A DNA stretch of 64,000 bases from an uncultured Pelagibacteraceae bacterium (GCA_902623785.1 CACNVG010000001.1:74714-138713); one strand, 5' to 3'; numbered from the stretch's first letter, positions 1-12,998 are shown. Translations and numbers: made by a program. The notes: generated from the sequence alone by a model not told the origin.

Positions 1-59
1 CGGGTGGAATTATATTCGCTTTAATTGGTTTTTTTATAATTTGGTATATTAAAGGATAA
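1..59 (+). CDS. 3' end of small membrane protein, probably DUF2065 family (partial)
   Basis: Frame from nt 3 reads GGIIFALIGFFIIWYIKG* (TAA 57-59 overlaps the degP ATG). hflKC-DUF2065-degP is a common alphaproteobacterial order. Confidence 0.55.
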   Translation, partial: GGIIFALIGFFIIWYIKG

Positions 60-1462
60 TGATCATGAAGGCTCAGAGATCAATAATCTTAATCATTATT
101 TTTATATTTTTTAGTCACTCTGCAATTTCGCAAGAGAGACCCGCTTCATTTGCTGATTTAACAGAAAAATTAATGCCAGCAGTTGTAAATATCTCAACAT
201 CCACAACTGTTGTTAAAAACGTAAATCCTTTCCCATTTGAATTTCCACCAGGATCACCTTTTGAAGATATGTTTAAAGAGTTTGGAACACCTCAAAAAAG
301 AAAATCAAGTGCATTAGGTTCAGGATTTATAATTGATAAAAAAGGAATTGTGATAACTAACAACCATGTAATTAAAGGTGCAGAAGATATATTCATTAGA
401 ACAAATGATGATAAAGAATATAAAGCAAAAATTTTAGGAACCGATCCTTTATCTGACGTTGCAGTCTTGCAAATTATTACCGATGATAAATTTGAAACTG
501 TAAGGTTTGGAAATTCTGACAATGCAAGAATCGGAGACTGGGTTATAGCAATTGGAAATCCATTTGGATTAGGTGGAACAGTGACTGCAGGAATAGTTTC
601 AGCAAGAAATAGAAACATTGGTATGTCACGTTACGAAGATTTTATTCAGACTGATGCATCTATAAATTCAGGAAATTCCGGAGGTCCTTTATTTAACATG
701 AAAGGAGAAGTGGTAGGAATTAATACTGCTATATTAGGTCAATCAGGATCCATTGGTATTGGATTTGCTATACCATCAAATAGTGCCAAGTTAGTAATAG
801 ATCAACTTTTAGAATTTGGAGAAACAAAAAGAGGTTGGTTAGGGGTAAGAATTCAAACAGTTACAAAAGAAATAGCTGATGTAGAAAAGTTGAAAAAAGC
901 GCGAGGCGCGTTAGTTGCAAGTGTTGCACCAGGCAGTCCATCAGATAAAGCAGGGATAAAGGATGGTGATATAATTTTAGAGTTTGATGGTAAAAAGATT
1001 AATGAGATGCAAGAACTTCCTTTAATTGTTGCACAAACAAAAGTTGGAAAAGTTGTAAATGTTAAAGTTTGGAGAAACAAAAAAGAAATTACCAAAAAAA
1101 TTACTTTAGGAAGACTAGAAACCTCTGATGACTTTAAAGCAGAGAAACCAATAAAACCTAAAGCAACTTTTATAGACGGTTTAAAAATTGAAGTAAGAAA
1201 AATAACAAGAGATGACTTAGTTGAGAAAAAAATTCCACTAAACACAACTGGAGTTGTTATAACAAAGATAGACACAGAAAGTCCTATTAATTATCTTAAA
1301 GTTGGTGATTTAATAGTAGAAGCTCAAAAAAGAAATATCAAGAGTGCAACAGAACTTAATAATTTAGTAAATGCAGCTTTAAAAACTTCAAGTAAAACAA
1401 TATTAATAGCTGTCATTAATGATCAAAATCAAAAAAGATATATAGGTGTCAAATTAAAATAA
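59..1462 (+). CDS. degP: Do/DegQ family periplasmic serine protease
   Basis: Signal peptide; TNNHV, D-V-A, GNSGGP catalytic triad motifs; two PDZ domains (RGWLGV). Confidence 0.93.
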   Translation: MIMKAQRSIILIIIFIFFSHSAISQERPASFADLTEKLMPAVVNISTSTTVVKNVNPFPFEFPPGSPFEDMFKEFGTPQKRKSSALGSGFIIDKKGIVITNNHVIKGAEDIFIRTNDDKEYKAKILGTDPLSDVAVLQIITDDKFETVRFGNSDNARIGDWVIAIGNPFGLGGTVTAGIVSARNRNIGMSRYEDFIQTDASINSGNSGGPLFNMKGEVVGINTAILGQSGSIGIGFAIPSNSAKLVIDQLLEFGETKRGWLGVRIQTVTKEIADVEKLKKARGALVASVAPGSPSDKAGIKDGDIILEFDGKKINEMQELPLIVAQTKVGKVVNVKVWRNKKEITKKITLGRLETSDDFKAEKPIKPKATFIDGLKIEVRKITRDDLVEKKIPLNTTGVVITKIDTESPINYLKVGDLIVEAQKRNIKSATELNNLVNAALKTSSKTILIAVINDQNQKRYIGVKLK

Positions 1463-1463
1463 C

Positions 1464-2375
1464 ATGGACTACAAGTCCAAAATCATTCTCATTGCTGGTC
1501 CAACAGCTTCTGGAAAATCAAAAATAGCAATCAACTTAGCGAAAAAAATTAATGGAGAAATTGTTAATGCTGACAGTATGCAAGTTTATAAGCAGCTTAA
1601 AATACTTACAGCAAGGCCTTCAGAAAAAGATCAAAAAACTATTAAACACCATTTATACGGCATCATTGATGTACGAAAAAGATTTTCAACAGGTCAATGG
1701 CTTAAAGAATGTATCAAAATAATACATTTAATTAGAAAAAGAAAAAAGATTCCTATTATTGTAGGCGGAACTGGTCTTTATTTTAAAGCTTTGGTCGATG
1801 GGTTAGTAAAAATTCCGAAATTTAAACCTTCAGAAAAAAATAAGATACTTAAGCTTCATAAAAAATTGGGTCAAAATCAATTTTATAAAAAACTAATAAA
1901 ACTAGATCCTATCTCTAAAAAATTTGTCAACTCAAATGATGTGAATAGATCTATAAGAGCTTACGAGGTTAAGAAATTAACTAAAAAATCTTTATATAAA
2001 TGGTTTAAAGAGACAAAGACCTTTTTTGATAAGAATGATTTTGTGATGACTTATGTAGATTACCCAAGAGATACATTAATAACGAATATCAAAATAAGAA
2101 TTGATAAGATGTTTGATTTAGGTGCAATAAATGAAGTAAAGAAATTCAATCTCATCAAAATTAACAAACGGAATAGCGTCAATCATGTGATTGGTGTTAA
2201 AGAGATTAACTCTTATTTGAGCAAAAAAGCTGAATTGAACGATATTAAAGAACAGATATTAATAAAAACTAGACAATACGCCAAAAGACAGAGTACTTGG
2301 TCTCGAGGTCATATGGTTAATTGGCAAAAAATTGATCCTACATCAAAAAATCCATTCAAAAAAATTTTAAAATAA
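1464..2375 (+). CDS. miaA: tRNA dimethylallyltransferase
   Basis: GPTASGKS, NADSMQVY, GGTGLY, TRQYAKRQ motifs. Confidence 0.97.
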   Translation: MDYKSKIILIAGPTASGKSKIAINLAKKINGEIVNADSMQVYKQLKILTARPSEKDQKTIKHHLYGIIDVRKRFSTGQWLKECIKIIHLIRKRKKIPIIVGGTGLYFKALVDGLVKIPKFKPSEKNKILKLHKKLGQNQFYKKLIKLDPISKKFVNSNDVNRSIRAYEVKKLTKKSLYKWFKETKTFFDKNDFVMTYVDYPRDTLITNIKIRIDKMFDLGAINEVKKFNLIKINKRNSVNHVIGVKEINSYLSKKAELNDIKEQILIKTRQYAKRQSTWSRGHMVNWQKIDPTSKNPFKKILK

Positions 2376-2388
2376 TTTCTGCTAAAAC

Positions 2389-2418
2389 TTGACCAATTAG
2401 CACAACTTCAGCTAGATT
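2389..2418 (+). promoter_or_regulatory. Putative sigma70 promoter of ilvIHC
   Basis: TTGACC (2389-94), 18-nt spacer, TAGATT (2413-18); ATG follows 6 nt later. Confidence 0.5.
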
Positions 2419-2424
2419 GGCTAA

Positions 2425-4191
2425 ATGTCTAAATTATATTCAGGTGCAGAAATTGTTTTTAAATGTCTTGAGGATCAAGATGTTGAATATATATTTGGTT
2501 ATCCTGGAGGAGCGGTTCTTCCAATTTATGATGAATTAAAAAATCATGAAAGTATAAAACATATTTTAGTAAGACATGAGCAAGGTGCGGGACATGCAGC
2601 AGAAGGGTATGCAAGATCTTCAGGTAAGCCAGGTGTAGTATTAGTTACTTCTGGACCAGGAGCAACAAATGCTGTTACAGCTTTAACAGATGCTTACATG
2701 GACTCCATTCCATTAGTTTGTATATCTGGACAAGTTCCCACTCATTTAATTGGAACAGATGCATTTCAGGAATGTGACACAACTGGAATTACTAGACCGT
2801 GCACAAAACACAATTGGCTTGTAAAAGATGTAAAAGATTTATCAAAAATTATACACAAAGCTTTTGAAGTTGCCACAACTGGAAGACCAGGGCCTGTTTT
2901 AGTTGATATACCAAAAGATATTCAGTTCCAAAAAACAAAATATGTTAATTCAATCAAAAGAAAAAAATTAAATGGCAAAATTCATAATAAATTTAATCAA
3001 GGCGAAATTGATCAACTTGTAAAGTTGATGGTTAATTCATCTAAACCAATATTATACACGGGTGGTGGTGTAATTAATTCTGGACCGAAAGCGAGCGAGT
3101 TACTAAGAGAACTTGTGTCTCTTACAGGTTTTCCAATAACTTCAACTTTGCAAGGTTTAGGATCATATCCTGGTGATGATAGCCAATTTTTAGGAATGCT
3201 TGGTATGCACGGGACTTATGAAGCAAACAATGCTATGCATGATTGTGATTTGATGATTAACATTGGTGCAAGGTTTGATGATAGAATAACTGGAAAGATA
3301 GATGAATTTTCACCAAAATCTAAAAAAGTTCACATAGATATCGATCCATCATCTATCAATAAAAATGTAAAAGTTGATTTACCAATTGTTGGTGATGTTT
3401 CTGAGGTAATGCTTTCAGTAATAAAGACACTTAAGAAAAAAAATCCTAACTTTGCAAGTTCGAATAAAGAAAAAACTTCAAAATGGTGGGAGAAAATTTC
3501 TGAATGGAGATCAGTCAACTCGCTTAATTTTATAAACAGCGATAAAACTATAAAACCACAACACGCTATTCAAAGATTATATGAGCTTACAAAAGATAAA
3601 GATACTTATATTACCACTGAGGTAGGCCAACATCAAATGTGGGCAGCTCAACATTATAAATTTAATAAACCTAATAGATGGATGACATCTGGAGGTTTGG
3701 GAACAATGGGATACGGTTTACCAGCAGCGGTAGGAGTTCAAATTGCGCATCCTGATAAATTAGTGGTTGATATAGCTGGAGAAGCCTCAGTATTGATGAC
3801 AATACAAGAAATGTCTACAGCAGTTCAATACAATTTACCAATTAAAATTTTTATTTTAAATAACGAGTACATGGGAATGGTACGACAATGGCAGGAACTT
3901 TTGCATGAAAAGAATTATTCAGAAAGTTACACTGCAGCATTACCAGATTTTGTTAAGTTAGCTGAAGCTTATGGATGTGTTGGTATTAGAGCCAAAACCC
4001 CTGATGAACTTGATGAAAAAATAAAAGAAATGATAAATGTTAACAAACCTGTAATTTTTGATTGCTTAGTCGATAAAGAAGAAAATTGTTTTCCAATGAT
4101 ACCATCTGGAAAACCACATAACCAAATGTTGTTAGGTCCAAATGATCAAAAAGAAAATAAGATTACCGGAAAAGGAAAAATTTTAGTTTAA
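2425..4191 (+). CDS. ilvI: Acetolactate synthase large subunit
   Basis: FGYPGGAVLP, RHEQGAGH, TSGPGATN, TSGGLGTMG, MGMVRQWQ. Confidence 0.96.
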   Translation: MSKLYSGAEIVFKCLEDQDVEYIFGYPGGAVLPIYDELKNHESIKHILVRHEQGAGHAAEGYARSSGKPGVVLVTSGPGATNAVTALTDAYMDSIPLVCISGQVPTHLIGTDAFQECDTTGITRPCTKHNWLVKDVKDLSKIIHKAFEVATTGRPGPVLVDIPKDIQFQKTKYVNSIKRKKLNGKIHNKFNQGEIDQLVKLMVNSSKPILYTGGGVINSGPKASELLRELVSLTGFPITSTLQGLGSYPGDDSQFLGMLGMHGTYEANNAMHDCDLMINIGARFDDRITGKIDEFSPKSKKVHIDIDPSSINKNVKVDLPIVGDVSEVMLSVIKTLKKKNPNFASSNKEKTSKWWEKISEWRSVNSLNFINSDKTIKPQHAIQRLYELTKDKDTYITTEVGQHQMWAAQHYKFNKPNRWMTSGGLGTMGYGLPAAVGVQIAHPDKLVVDIAGEASVLMTIQEMSTAVQYNLPIKIFILNNEYMGMVRQWQELLHEKNYSESYTAALPDFVKLAEAYGCVGIRAKTPDELDEKIKEMINVNKPVIFDCLVDKEENCFPMIPSGKPHNQMLLGPNDQKENKITGKGKILV

Positions 4192-4739
4192 TGTCGAAAC
4201 CTAAATCAGCTTACAGCATCCCTGGAAAAAAACAAAAAAATGATACACATGTTATTGTTGTTTGGGTCGATAATGAGGCAGGTGTTTTAGCAAGAGTTGT
4301 AGGTTTATTTTCTGGAAGAGGGTACAATATCGAGTCTTTAGCAGTTGCTGAAGTAGATCAAAAATTAAATATTTCGAGAATAACGATAGTTACAACAGGT
4401 ACACCACAGGTAATAGAACAGATTAAACTCCAATTAGGAAAATTAGTACCTGTTCATAAAGTTGCTGATTTTATGAGAGGTGATAAAAAAATCATTTTTA
4501 AAGAAATGGCTTTGCTAAAGATTGTTGGAAACAACGTAAAAAGAAAGAAAGCTATTAAGTTTTGCAAAAAATTTAATCCTGTTGTATTAGATAAAACAAA
4601 TAAATCAGTAGTTATACAAATTACCGCTTTAAGAAGAGAGATAGATACTATAATGAATGATCTTAAAAAGACTGGTCTAGTGAGTGTATCAAGAACTGGT
4701 GCTGTAGCAATGACTAGAGGGGCTGAAGTTTTTAAGTAA
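4191..4739 (+). CDS. ilvH: Acetolactate synthase small regulatory subunit
   Basis: ACT domain NEAGVLARVVGLFSGRGYNIESL; coupled to the large subunit gene. Confidence 0.95.
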   Translation: MSKPKSAYSIPGKKQKNDTHVIVVWVDNEAGVLARVVGLFSGRGYNIESLAVAEVDQKLNISRITIVTTGTPQVIEQIKLQLGKLVPVHKVADFMRGDKKIIFKEMALLKIVGNNVKRKKAIKFCKKFNPVVLDKTNKSVVIQITALRREIDTIMNDLKKTGLVSVSRTGAVAMTRGAEVFK

Positions 4740-4744
4740 TTTAA

Positions 4745-5779
<1,035 letters not shown>

Positions 5780-5818
5780 TTAAAATCCTATTTTCTTAAA
5801 ATTTAAAACTCTTTTATT

Positions 5819-5867
5819 TTGCAATCTGTGCTAGAGAATGTATTATCACAATTATTAAAATAATTGT
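5819..5867 (+). promoter_or_regulatory. Putative leuA-mre promoter plus 9-bp inverted repeat
   Basis: TTGCAA 5819-24, 16-nt spacer, TATTAT 5841-46; ACAATTATT-AA-AATAATTGT at 5848-5867. Confidence 0.45.
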
Positions 5868-5870
5868 TTT

Positions 5871-7445
5871 ATGAGCGATAAAGAAAAAGTTTACATTTTT
5901 GATACAACGATGAGAGACGGTGAGCAGTCACCTGGTGCATCTATGAGTGTTGAGGAAAAAATTCAAATCTCTAGGGTGTTTGATGAAATGGGAATTGATA
6001 TCATAGAGGCTGGATTTCCAATTTCGTCTCCCGGTGATTTTGAAGCAGTATCAGAGATAAGTAAAAGTGTTAAAAATTCTATACCTTGTGGACTGTCTAG
6101 AGCATTAAAAAAGGACATAGATGCATGCCACGAGTCACTTAAGTTTGCAAAAAGATTTAGAATTCATACATTTATTTCTACAAGTCCAGTCCACATGAAG
6201 CATAAACTTGATATGACTAACGATCAAGTTTTAGATGCAATAAAAGAAAGTGTTACTTACGCAAGAAAATTTACTAACGATGTAGAATGGTCTTGTGAAG
6301 ATGGAACAAGAACAGATTTAGATTTTATGTGCAAAACTATTGAGTTAGCAATTAAATGTGGTGCAACAACAATTAATATACCTGATACTGTAGGATACTC
6401 GATTCCTGAGGAGTTTGCTCGTACAATAACGCATATAAAAAACAATGTTCCAAATATTGATAAAGCAATTATATCAGCACATTGCCATAATGATTTAGGT
6501 TTGGCTGTTGCTAATGCTTTAGCAGGATTGTCTGCAGGTGTTAGACAAATCGAATGTACTATAAATGGAATTGGAGAGAGAGCAGGTAACGCTGCTTTGG
6601 AAGAAATTGTAATGGCTATCAAAACAAGAAATGATCTAATGCCTTATGAAACAGGAATTAAGACTGAACTAATTAGCAAAGCCTCAAAGATAGTATCAAA
6701 CGCTACTGGATTTCCAGTTCAATTTAATAAAGCGATAGTTGGCAAAAATGCTTTTGCACATGAATCGGGAATTCATCAAGATGGAATGTTAAAAAATAGA
6801 GAAACATACGAAATTATGACACCAGAAAGTGTTGGTGTTAAAAAAACATCTTTGGTAATGGGCAAGCATTCTGGCAGACATGCATTTAAAGATAAATTGG
6901 GTGATTTAGGATATTCAGACTTAACAGATGATGTTGTACAAGCAGCATTTGGAAAATTTAAAGTTTTAGCTGACAAGAAAAAGCATGTTTATGATGAAGA
7001 TATCATTGCTTTAGTAGATGATAGCTTAATAATTGATAATAAAATAAATGCGATCAACCTAAAATCTTTAAAGGTTTTCGCAGGTACTGGTGAACCCCAA
7101 AAAGCTGAGATGACACTGGATGTCTTTGGCGAAATTAAAAAAACTTCACAGACAGGAGATGGCCCTGTTGATGCGACATTTAAGTGTATCAAAGCGCTAT
7201 ATCCTCATGACATGAAACTTTTATTGTATCAAGTCCATGCTGTAACAGAAGGGACTGACGCTCAGGCAACAGTAAGTGTCAAGATTGAGGAAAATGATAG
7301 ATCTACTGTTGGACAATCTGCGGATACTGATACATTAGTTGCTTCAGCAAATGCTTACTTGAATGCTCTGAATAAAATGTTAATAAAGCGGGAGAAAAAA
7401 GCTATGAACGAAAGTATTAAACACCAAAAAGTAAAAGGAATTTAA
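5871..7445 (+). CDS. leuA: 2-isopropylmalate synthase
   Basis: DTTMRDGEQ, HCHNDLG, GIGERAGN, HESGIHQDG, C-terminal regulatory domain (GDGPVDA). Confidence 0.97.
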   Translation: MSDKEKVYIFDTTMRDGEQSPGASMSVEEKIQISRVFDEMGIDIIEAGFPISSPGDFEAVSEISKSVKNSIPCGLSRALKKDIDACHESLKFAKRFRIHTFISTSPVHMKHKLDMTNDQVLDAIKESVTYARKFTNDVEWSCEDGTRTDLDFMCKTIELAIKCGATTINIPDTVGYSIPEEFARTITHIKNNVPNIDKAIISAHCHNDLGLAVANALAGLSAGVRQIECTINGIGERAGNAALEEIVMAIKTRNDLMPYETGIKTELISKASKIVSNATGFPVQFNKAIVGKNAFAHESGIHQDGMLKNRETYEIMTPESVGVKKTSLVMGKHSGRHAFKDKLGDLGYSDLTDDVVQAAFGKFKVLADKKKHVYDEDIIALVDDSLIIDNKINAINLKSLKVFAGTGEPQKAEMTLDVFGEIKKTSQTGDGPVDATFKCIKALYPHDMKLLLYQVHAVTEGTDAQATVSVKIEENDRSTVGQSADTDTLVASANAYLNALNKMLIKREKKAMNESIKHQKVKGI

Positions 7446-8480
<1,035 letters not shown>

Positions 8481-8486
8481 TAAACG

Positions 8487-9347
8487 ATGCAAACAAACAG
8501 AGATGATTTCATTATTGCGATCAGATCTGCATTTCTTAAAAGAGGTAACCAACAAAGATTTTCATTAATAGCCCTTATACTTTTTTCAATTTTTATATTA
8601 GTACTTGGTAAATATAATTTTAAAGGGGTAAACTTTTTAAAATTATCCTTAAAAGAACTTGTCTACAGAACAACATTTATTGTATCTGTTCCAGAAAACT
8701 TTGTAATAAGCAGCTATCAAACAATACGTGATCATTTTTATTTATATTCAAATTATGAAAATTTAAAAAAAGATTATGAAACTCTTAAGGCGACAAAGTT
8801 AAACACTGATTTTTTGAAATCAGAAAACGAGGCGCTTAAATCGAAAATAAATGATGTATCCACTCAATCATCTGAACTATTAGCGAAAGTAATTATAGAT
8901 AAAAAAAGTCCTTTTTTAAGATCTGTAATAGTAAACAGGGGAAGTAAAGATAATGTGATGTTAGGTATGGCAGTTTTAGATGAAAAATTTCTTGTAGGAA
9001 AAGTTGTAGAAGTAAATTACTCAACTTCAAGAGTCTTATTATTATCTGATTTAAATAGCAAAATTCCTGTCTCCATAGAACCAAATGGTGTTCAGTCAAT
9101 ACTTTCAGGAAGTGGATCTAGTTATGGAGAAATTCAATACATAAAGGATGATTATGAATTAGAGAATGACTCTGAAATTTTTACGTCTGGATCAGGAGGA
9201 ATTTTTCGTTCGGGAATTCCAATTGGAAAAACGATGGCTAATGAGGAAATTGGTATTGATACTATAAAAGTAAAATTTCACTCAGATTTTTCGCAGTTGC
9301 GTCTGGTAAAAATTGTATCCTTTGAAGAGGTAAAACAAAATGATTGA
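8487..9347 (+). CDS. mreC: Rod shape-determining protein MreC
   Basis: N-terminal TM, coiled coil, LVGKV/SRVLL/TSGSGGIF motifs; position in operon. Confidence 0.93.
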   Translation: MQTNRDDFIIAIRSAFLKRGNQQRFSLIALILFSIFILVLGKYNFKGVNFLKLSLKELVYRTTFIVSVPENFVISSYQTIRDHFYLYSNYENLKKDYETLKATKLNTDFLKSENEALKSKINDVSTQSSELLAKVIIDKKSPFLRSVIVNRGSKDNVMLGMAVLDEKFLVGKVVEVNYSTSRVLLLSDLNSKIPVSIEPNGVQSILSGSGSSYGEIQYIKDDYELENDSEIFTSGSGGIFRSGIPIGKTMANEEIGIDTIKVKFHSDFSQLRLVKIVSFEEVKQND

Positions 9348-9849
9348 AATTTCAAAAATATCAATTTTAGGTAAAATTTTTAATTCTTTACCAATTATTA
9401 TATTATTTATCTCAGTCCTTAATGAATTTGATTTTAACTATCTTAACTTTAAATATTTCTCTTTTAATTTTCCATTTATATTAATTTTTTACTGGAGCTT
9501 AAAAGGTGGAGAAAAGCTAGGATATGGCCTTGTATTTATTGCAGGATTGATAAACGACGTTGTTGTTGGGTTACCGATGGGTATTAGCAGTCTTTCATAT
9601 CTGCTAATATGTGGTTTTGCGGTATACTTAAGAAATATCACTTTGAGACCAAACCTTATTAAAGATTGGCTTTTCTTTCTGTTCACTATCTCACTAGTGA
9701 ATTCAATACTTTATATTGTTTTAATTCTATTCTTTGGAATAGATATGAATTTTTATTTCCTATTTTTTAATATTATTTTTACATTTATGTTTTATTATAT
9801 TTTTTCATATATTTTCGATTATTATTCAAAATTTAATATTACGAGATAA
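9340..9849 (+). CDS. mreD: Rod shape-determining protein MreD
   Basis: Hydrophobic, GLINDVVVGLPMG motif, lies between mreC and mrdA. Confidence 0.88.
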   Translation: MIEISKISILGKIFNSLPIIILFISVLNEFDFNYLNFKYFSFNFPFILIFYWSLKGGEKLGYGLVFIAGLINDVVVGLPMGISSLSYLLICGFAVYLRNITLRPNLIKDWLFFLFTISLVNSILYIVLILFFGIDMNFYFLFFNIIFTFMFYYIFSYIFDYYSKFNITR

Positions 9850-9851
9850 TT

Positions 9852-11831
9852 ATGTTTGGTGGTGGAGGAGATTCAGGATACAAAAAACTTAGCACAGTAA
9901 ATAGAAGAATGTTCATTATGACTGCTGCTAAACTAGTAATATTTGGTGGAATTATAACAAGACTTTTCAGTCTTCAAATAAATGAGAATAAAAAATATTT
10001 AACTTTATCTGATAAAAATCGATTAAGAGAGTGGAGACTACCACCTGTCAGAGGAGATTTTGAAGACTTTTTCGGAAATAAAATTGCCAGCAATCTCAAA
10101 GTTTATCAATTACATGTGGTACCTGAGCAAGTTGAAGATTTTAGATATTTAATGATAAGACTTAGAGATATCTTAGATATAGACTCCAGCACTTTTAAAA
10201 AAATCTTGAAGAGGAAAAGCCAACAAAAATCTTGGGAGACATTAATAATATCAGAGAATTTAAGCTGGGATCAGTTTGCAAAAATTAATTTTTACCTTCA
10301 TGAATTATCAGGTGCTAAACCTGTTCTTTCAGTTGCAAGAAATTATCCTTACGATGAAAAATTCACACACCTACTTGGATATGTTGCTCAAGCAAGTGAA
10401 AAAGATTTAATTGAAAATGAAGTTATTAAAAAAAGCCACGTTCCCGGTCTAAGAGTTGGTAAAATTGGATTAGAAAAAACTTATGAAAATCAATTAATTG
10501 GTTCTAATGGTATCCAAAGATATGAAGTAAATGCATATGGAAAACGAATTAACCAAATCGATTTTGTTGAAGGAAAAAAAGGAACCAATATTAAACTAAC
10601 AGTCGATACAGAAGTACAAGCTCAATGTAACGAACTTCTTAAAGATAAAGCTGGATCAATATGTGTTATGGATATTTATACCGGTGAATTGATTGCGATG
10701 CATTCTTCTCCATCTTTCGATCCAAATTTATTTTTATATGGAATAAGTCATGACAATTGGAATGAAATACTTAATAATCCAAAAAAACCTTTAATTAATA
10801 GATCTATACAAGGTTTATATCCTCCCGGATCAACCATTAAGCCGATTGTTGCACTTTCCGCACTTGAAAATGATGTGATCTCAACAAAGTTTAAAGTTAA
10901 CTGCACTGGTAAAACAGAAATGTACGGGCAAACATATCACTGCTGGAAAGACACAGGTCACGGAATAGTCAACTTAAGAGATGCTCTTAAAGTGTCCTGT
11001 GATACGTTTTTTTATGAAATGTCAAGAAGACTTGGAGTGGATAGATTAAATCTTACGGCAAAAAAATTTGGTTTAGGAGAAAAAGTATTTAATGGGACTT
11101 ACAACGAAGAGAAAGAGGGATTAATACCATCAACACAATGGAAGAAGAATGCACTAGGAAGAGGATGGGTTTTAGGAGAAACTTTAATTACTGGTATAGG
11201 CCAAGGATATATGCAGACAACTCCACTTCAACTATGTCTTATGACTGCTCAATTGGCCAATGGAGGATTTAAGATTAAACCTAAGATAACCTTCGACAAA
11301 AATAATGACACCTATGAACAAATAAAGTCTGAAATGGAAAAAAATAGAATTGATCTATTAAGTGACTTCCAACAAGATGATGCAATGGTTGACTTTTCTT
11401 TAGAGAAGAAAAAACGTGATACCGATCTTTATAAACCTTTGTATAGAAACCAGGAGAATGTAAAATTTGTTCTTGAAGCTATGTTTGCATCTACAAATGA
11501 AGTTAGGGGTACATCCTATTCATCAAGAATAAGTGATAAAAAATACCAATTTGCAGGAAAAACTGGTACCTCCCAGGTCAAAAAAATTACAGAGATTCAA
11601 AGAGAACTTGATCTAGATATATCTCAAATTCCATATGAAGAGAGAGATCATGCTTTATTCGTAGCATTTGGACCATATGTTAATCCACGATATGCTTTAA
11701 GTGTTTTTGTGGAACATGGTGGAGCAGGAAGTTCTGCTGCAGCACCTTTAGCAAAAAAACTATTTAAAACTATTATTGATAGACACGAAGAAAGAGAAAA
11801 AATTAGAGAAAAAAGTTTAATGGAAATATAA
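9852..11831 (+). CDS. mrdA: Penicillin-binding protein 2
   Basis: PGSTIK (SxxK), SCD, KTGT motifs; N-terminal anchor. Confidence 0.96.
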   Translation: MFGGGGDSGYKKLSTVNRRMFIMTAAKLVIFGGIITRLFSLQINENKKYLTLSDKNRLREWRLPPVRGDFEDFFGNKIASNLKVYQLHVVPEQVEDFRYLMIRLRDILDIDSSTFKKILKRKSQQKSWETLIISENLSWDQFAKINFYLHELSGAKPVLSVARNYPYDEKFTHLLGYVAQASEKDLIENEVIKKSHVPGLRVGKIGLEKTYENQLIGSNGIQRYEVNAYGKRINQIDFVEGKKGTNIKLTVDTEVQAQCNELLKDKAGSICVMDIYTGELIAMHSSPSFDPNLFLYGISHDNWNEILNNPKKPLINRSIQGLYPPGSTIKPIVALSALENDVISTKFKVNCTGKTEMYGQTYHCWKDTGHGIVNLRDALKVSCDTFFYEMSRRLGVDRLNLTAKKFGLGEKVFNGTYNEEKEGLIPSTQWKKNALGRGWVLGETLITGIGQGYMQTTPLQLCLMTAQLANGGFKIKPKITFDKNNDTYEQIKSEMEKNRIDLLSDFQQDDAMVDFSLEKKKRDTDLYKPLYRNQENVKFVLEAMFASTNEVRGTSYSSRISDKKYQFAGKTGTSQVKKITEIQRELDLDISQIPYEERDHALFVAFGPYVNPRYALSVFVEHGGAGSSAAAPLAKKLFKTIIDRHEEREKIREKSLMEI

Positions 11832-12956
11832 ATGTTTAAAGAAACAGCACTAAGCGGACAAACAACATTCTTTCAAAAATTAAGATCACTTGATTATATT
11901 CTTTTAATCTGCATTTTAATATTAGGTGTCATAAGTTCTTTTGCAATGTATGCAACAGATGGAGGTGAGCTTTTATACCATACAAAAAGTCATGTTTTAA
12001 GATTTATAATTTTCTTTGTAATGATGTTTGTTCTTTCTTTCTTAAACATAAGATTTTGGCATGCAACTGGTTATCTATTTTATATTATAGTTTTGGGATT
12101 ACTTATATGGGCATCTCTTTATGGAATTACTGCCTCTGGTTCTCAAAGATGGGTCGACTTGTACTTTATAAATCTTCAACCGTCAGAATTGATGAAAATT
12201 GCTATTATAGTTTGTTTTGCAAAATTTTATCACAGAGCCCAGATAAATCAGATTAACAACTTTAAAAATTTACTTGTTCCAATGATGATATTGATTTTAC
12301 CAATATTGTTAGTTGTCAGTCAACCTGACTTAGGTACCTCAATTTTAATTGCATTAAGCGGAATTATAGTGCTCTGGCTCGCAGGCATTAACTTAAAATA
12401 TTTTATATATTCAGGTTTGTTTTTATTAATTTCAATGCCTTTTGTTATTGCATTTTTAAAACCATATCAAAAACTTAGAATTTTAACTTTTTTTAATCCT
12501 GATAAAGATCCTTTAGGAGCAGGTTATCAAATTATTCAATCTAAAATAGCTATAGGATCGGGTGGTCTTACTGGAAAAGGTTTTTTGAAGGGAACACAAG
12601 GTTACCTTGAATTTTTACCTGAGAAACATACAGATTTTATTTTTACGTTATTTTCCGAAGAGCATGGTTTTATTGGGTCGTTAGCACTTTTATTTATTTA
12701 CGGCGTTATTATTTATAGAGTGATAGATATAGGAAAAAACGCTAGAAGTTTTTTTGGTAAATTATTTTGTTTTGGATTTGCATCCTCAATTTTTGTATTT
12801 ATTACTGTAAATATGTCTATGGTTTTAGGTTTGTTGCCAATAGTTGGTTCCCCTTTACCGATAATGTCTTATGGTGGTTCTTCAATGTTAGCAACGATGA
12901 TAGGTTTTAGTATTGTGATGAGTACAAAAATTTATCAAAAGCAACTCATTGCTTAA
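11832..12956 (+). CDS. rodA: SEDS peptidoglycan glycosyltransferase RodA
   Basis: QPSELMK, QPDLGT, LPEKHTDFIF, SYGGSS. Confidence 0.96.
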   Translation: MFKETALSGQTTFFQKLRSLDYILLICILILGVISSFAMYATDGGELLYHTKSHVLRFIIFFVMMFVLSFLNIRFWHATGYLFYIIVLGLLIWASLYGITASGSQRWVDLYFINLQPSELMKIAIIVCFAKFYHRAQINQINNFKNLLVPMMILILPILLVVSQPDLGTSILIALSGIIVLWLAGINLKYFIYSGLFLLISMPFVIAFLKPYQKLRILTFFNPDKDPLGAGYQIIQSKIAIGSGGLTGKGFLKGTQGYLEFLPEKHTDFIFTLFSEEHGFIGSLALLFIYGVIIYRVIDIGKNARSFFGKLFCFGFASSIFVFITVNMSMVLGLLPIVGSPLPIMSYGGSSMLATMIGFSIVMSTKIYQKQLIA

Positions 12957-12998
12957 TTTGTCGCAATAATTTTTCTTTTTGATATTGTATCTTTAAGA

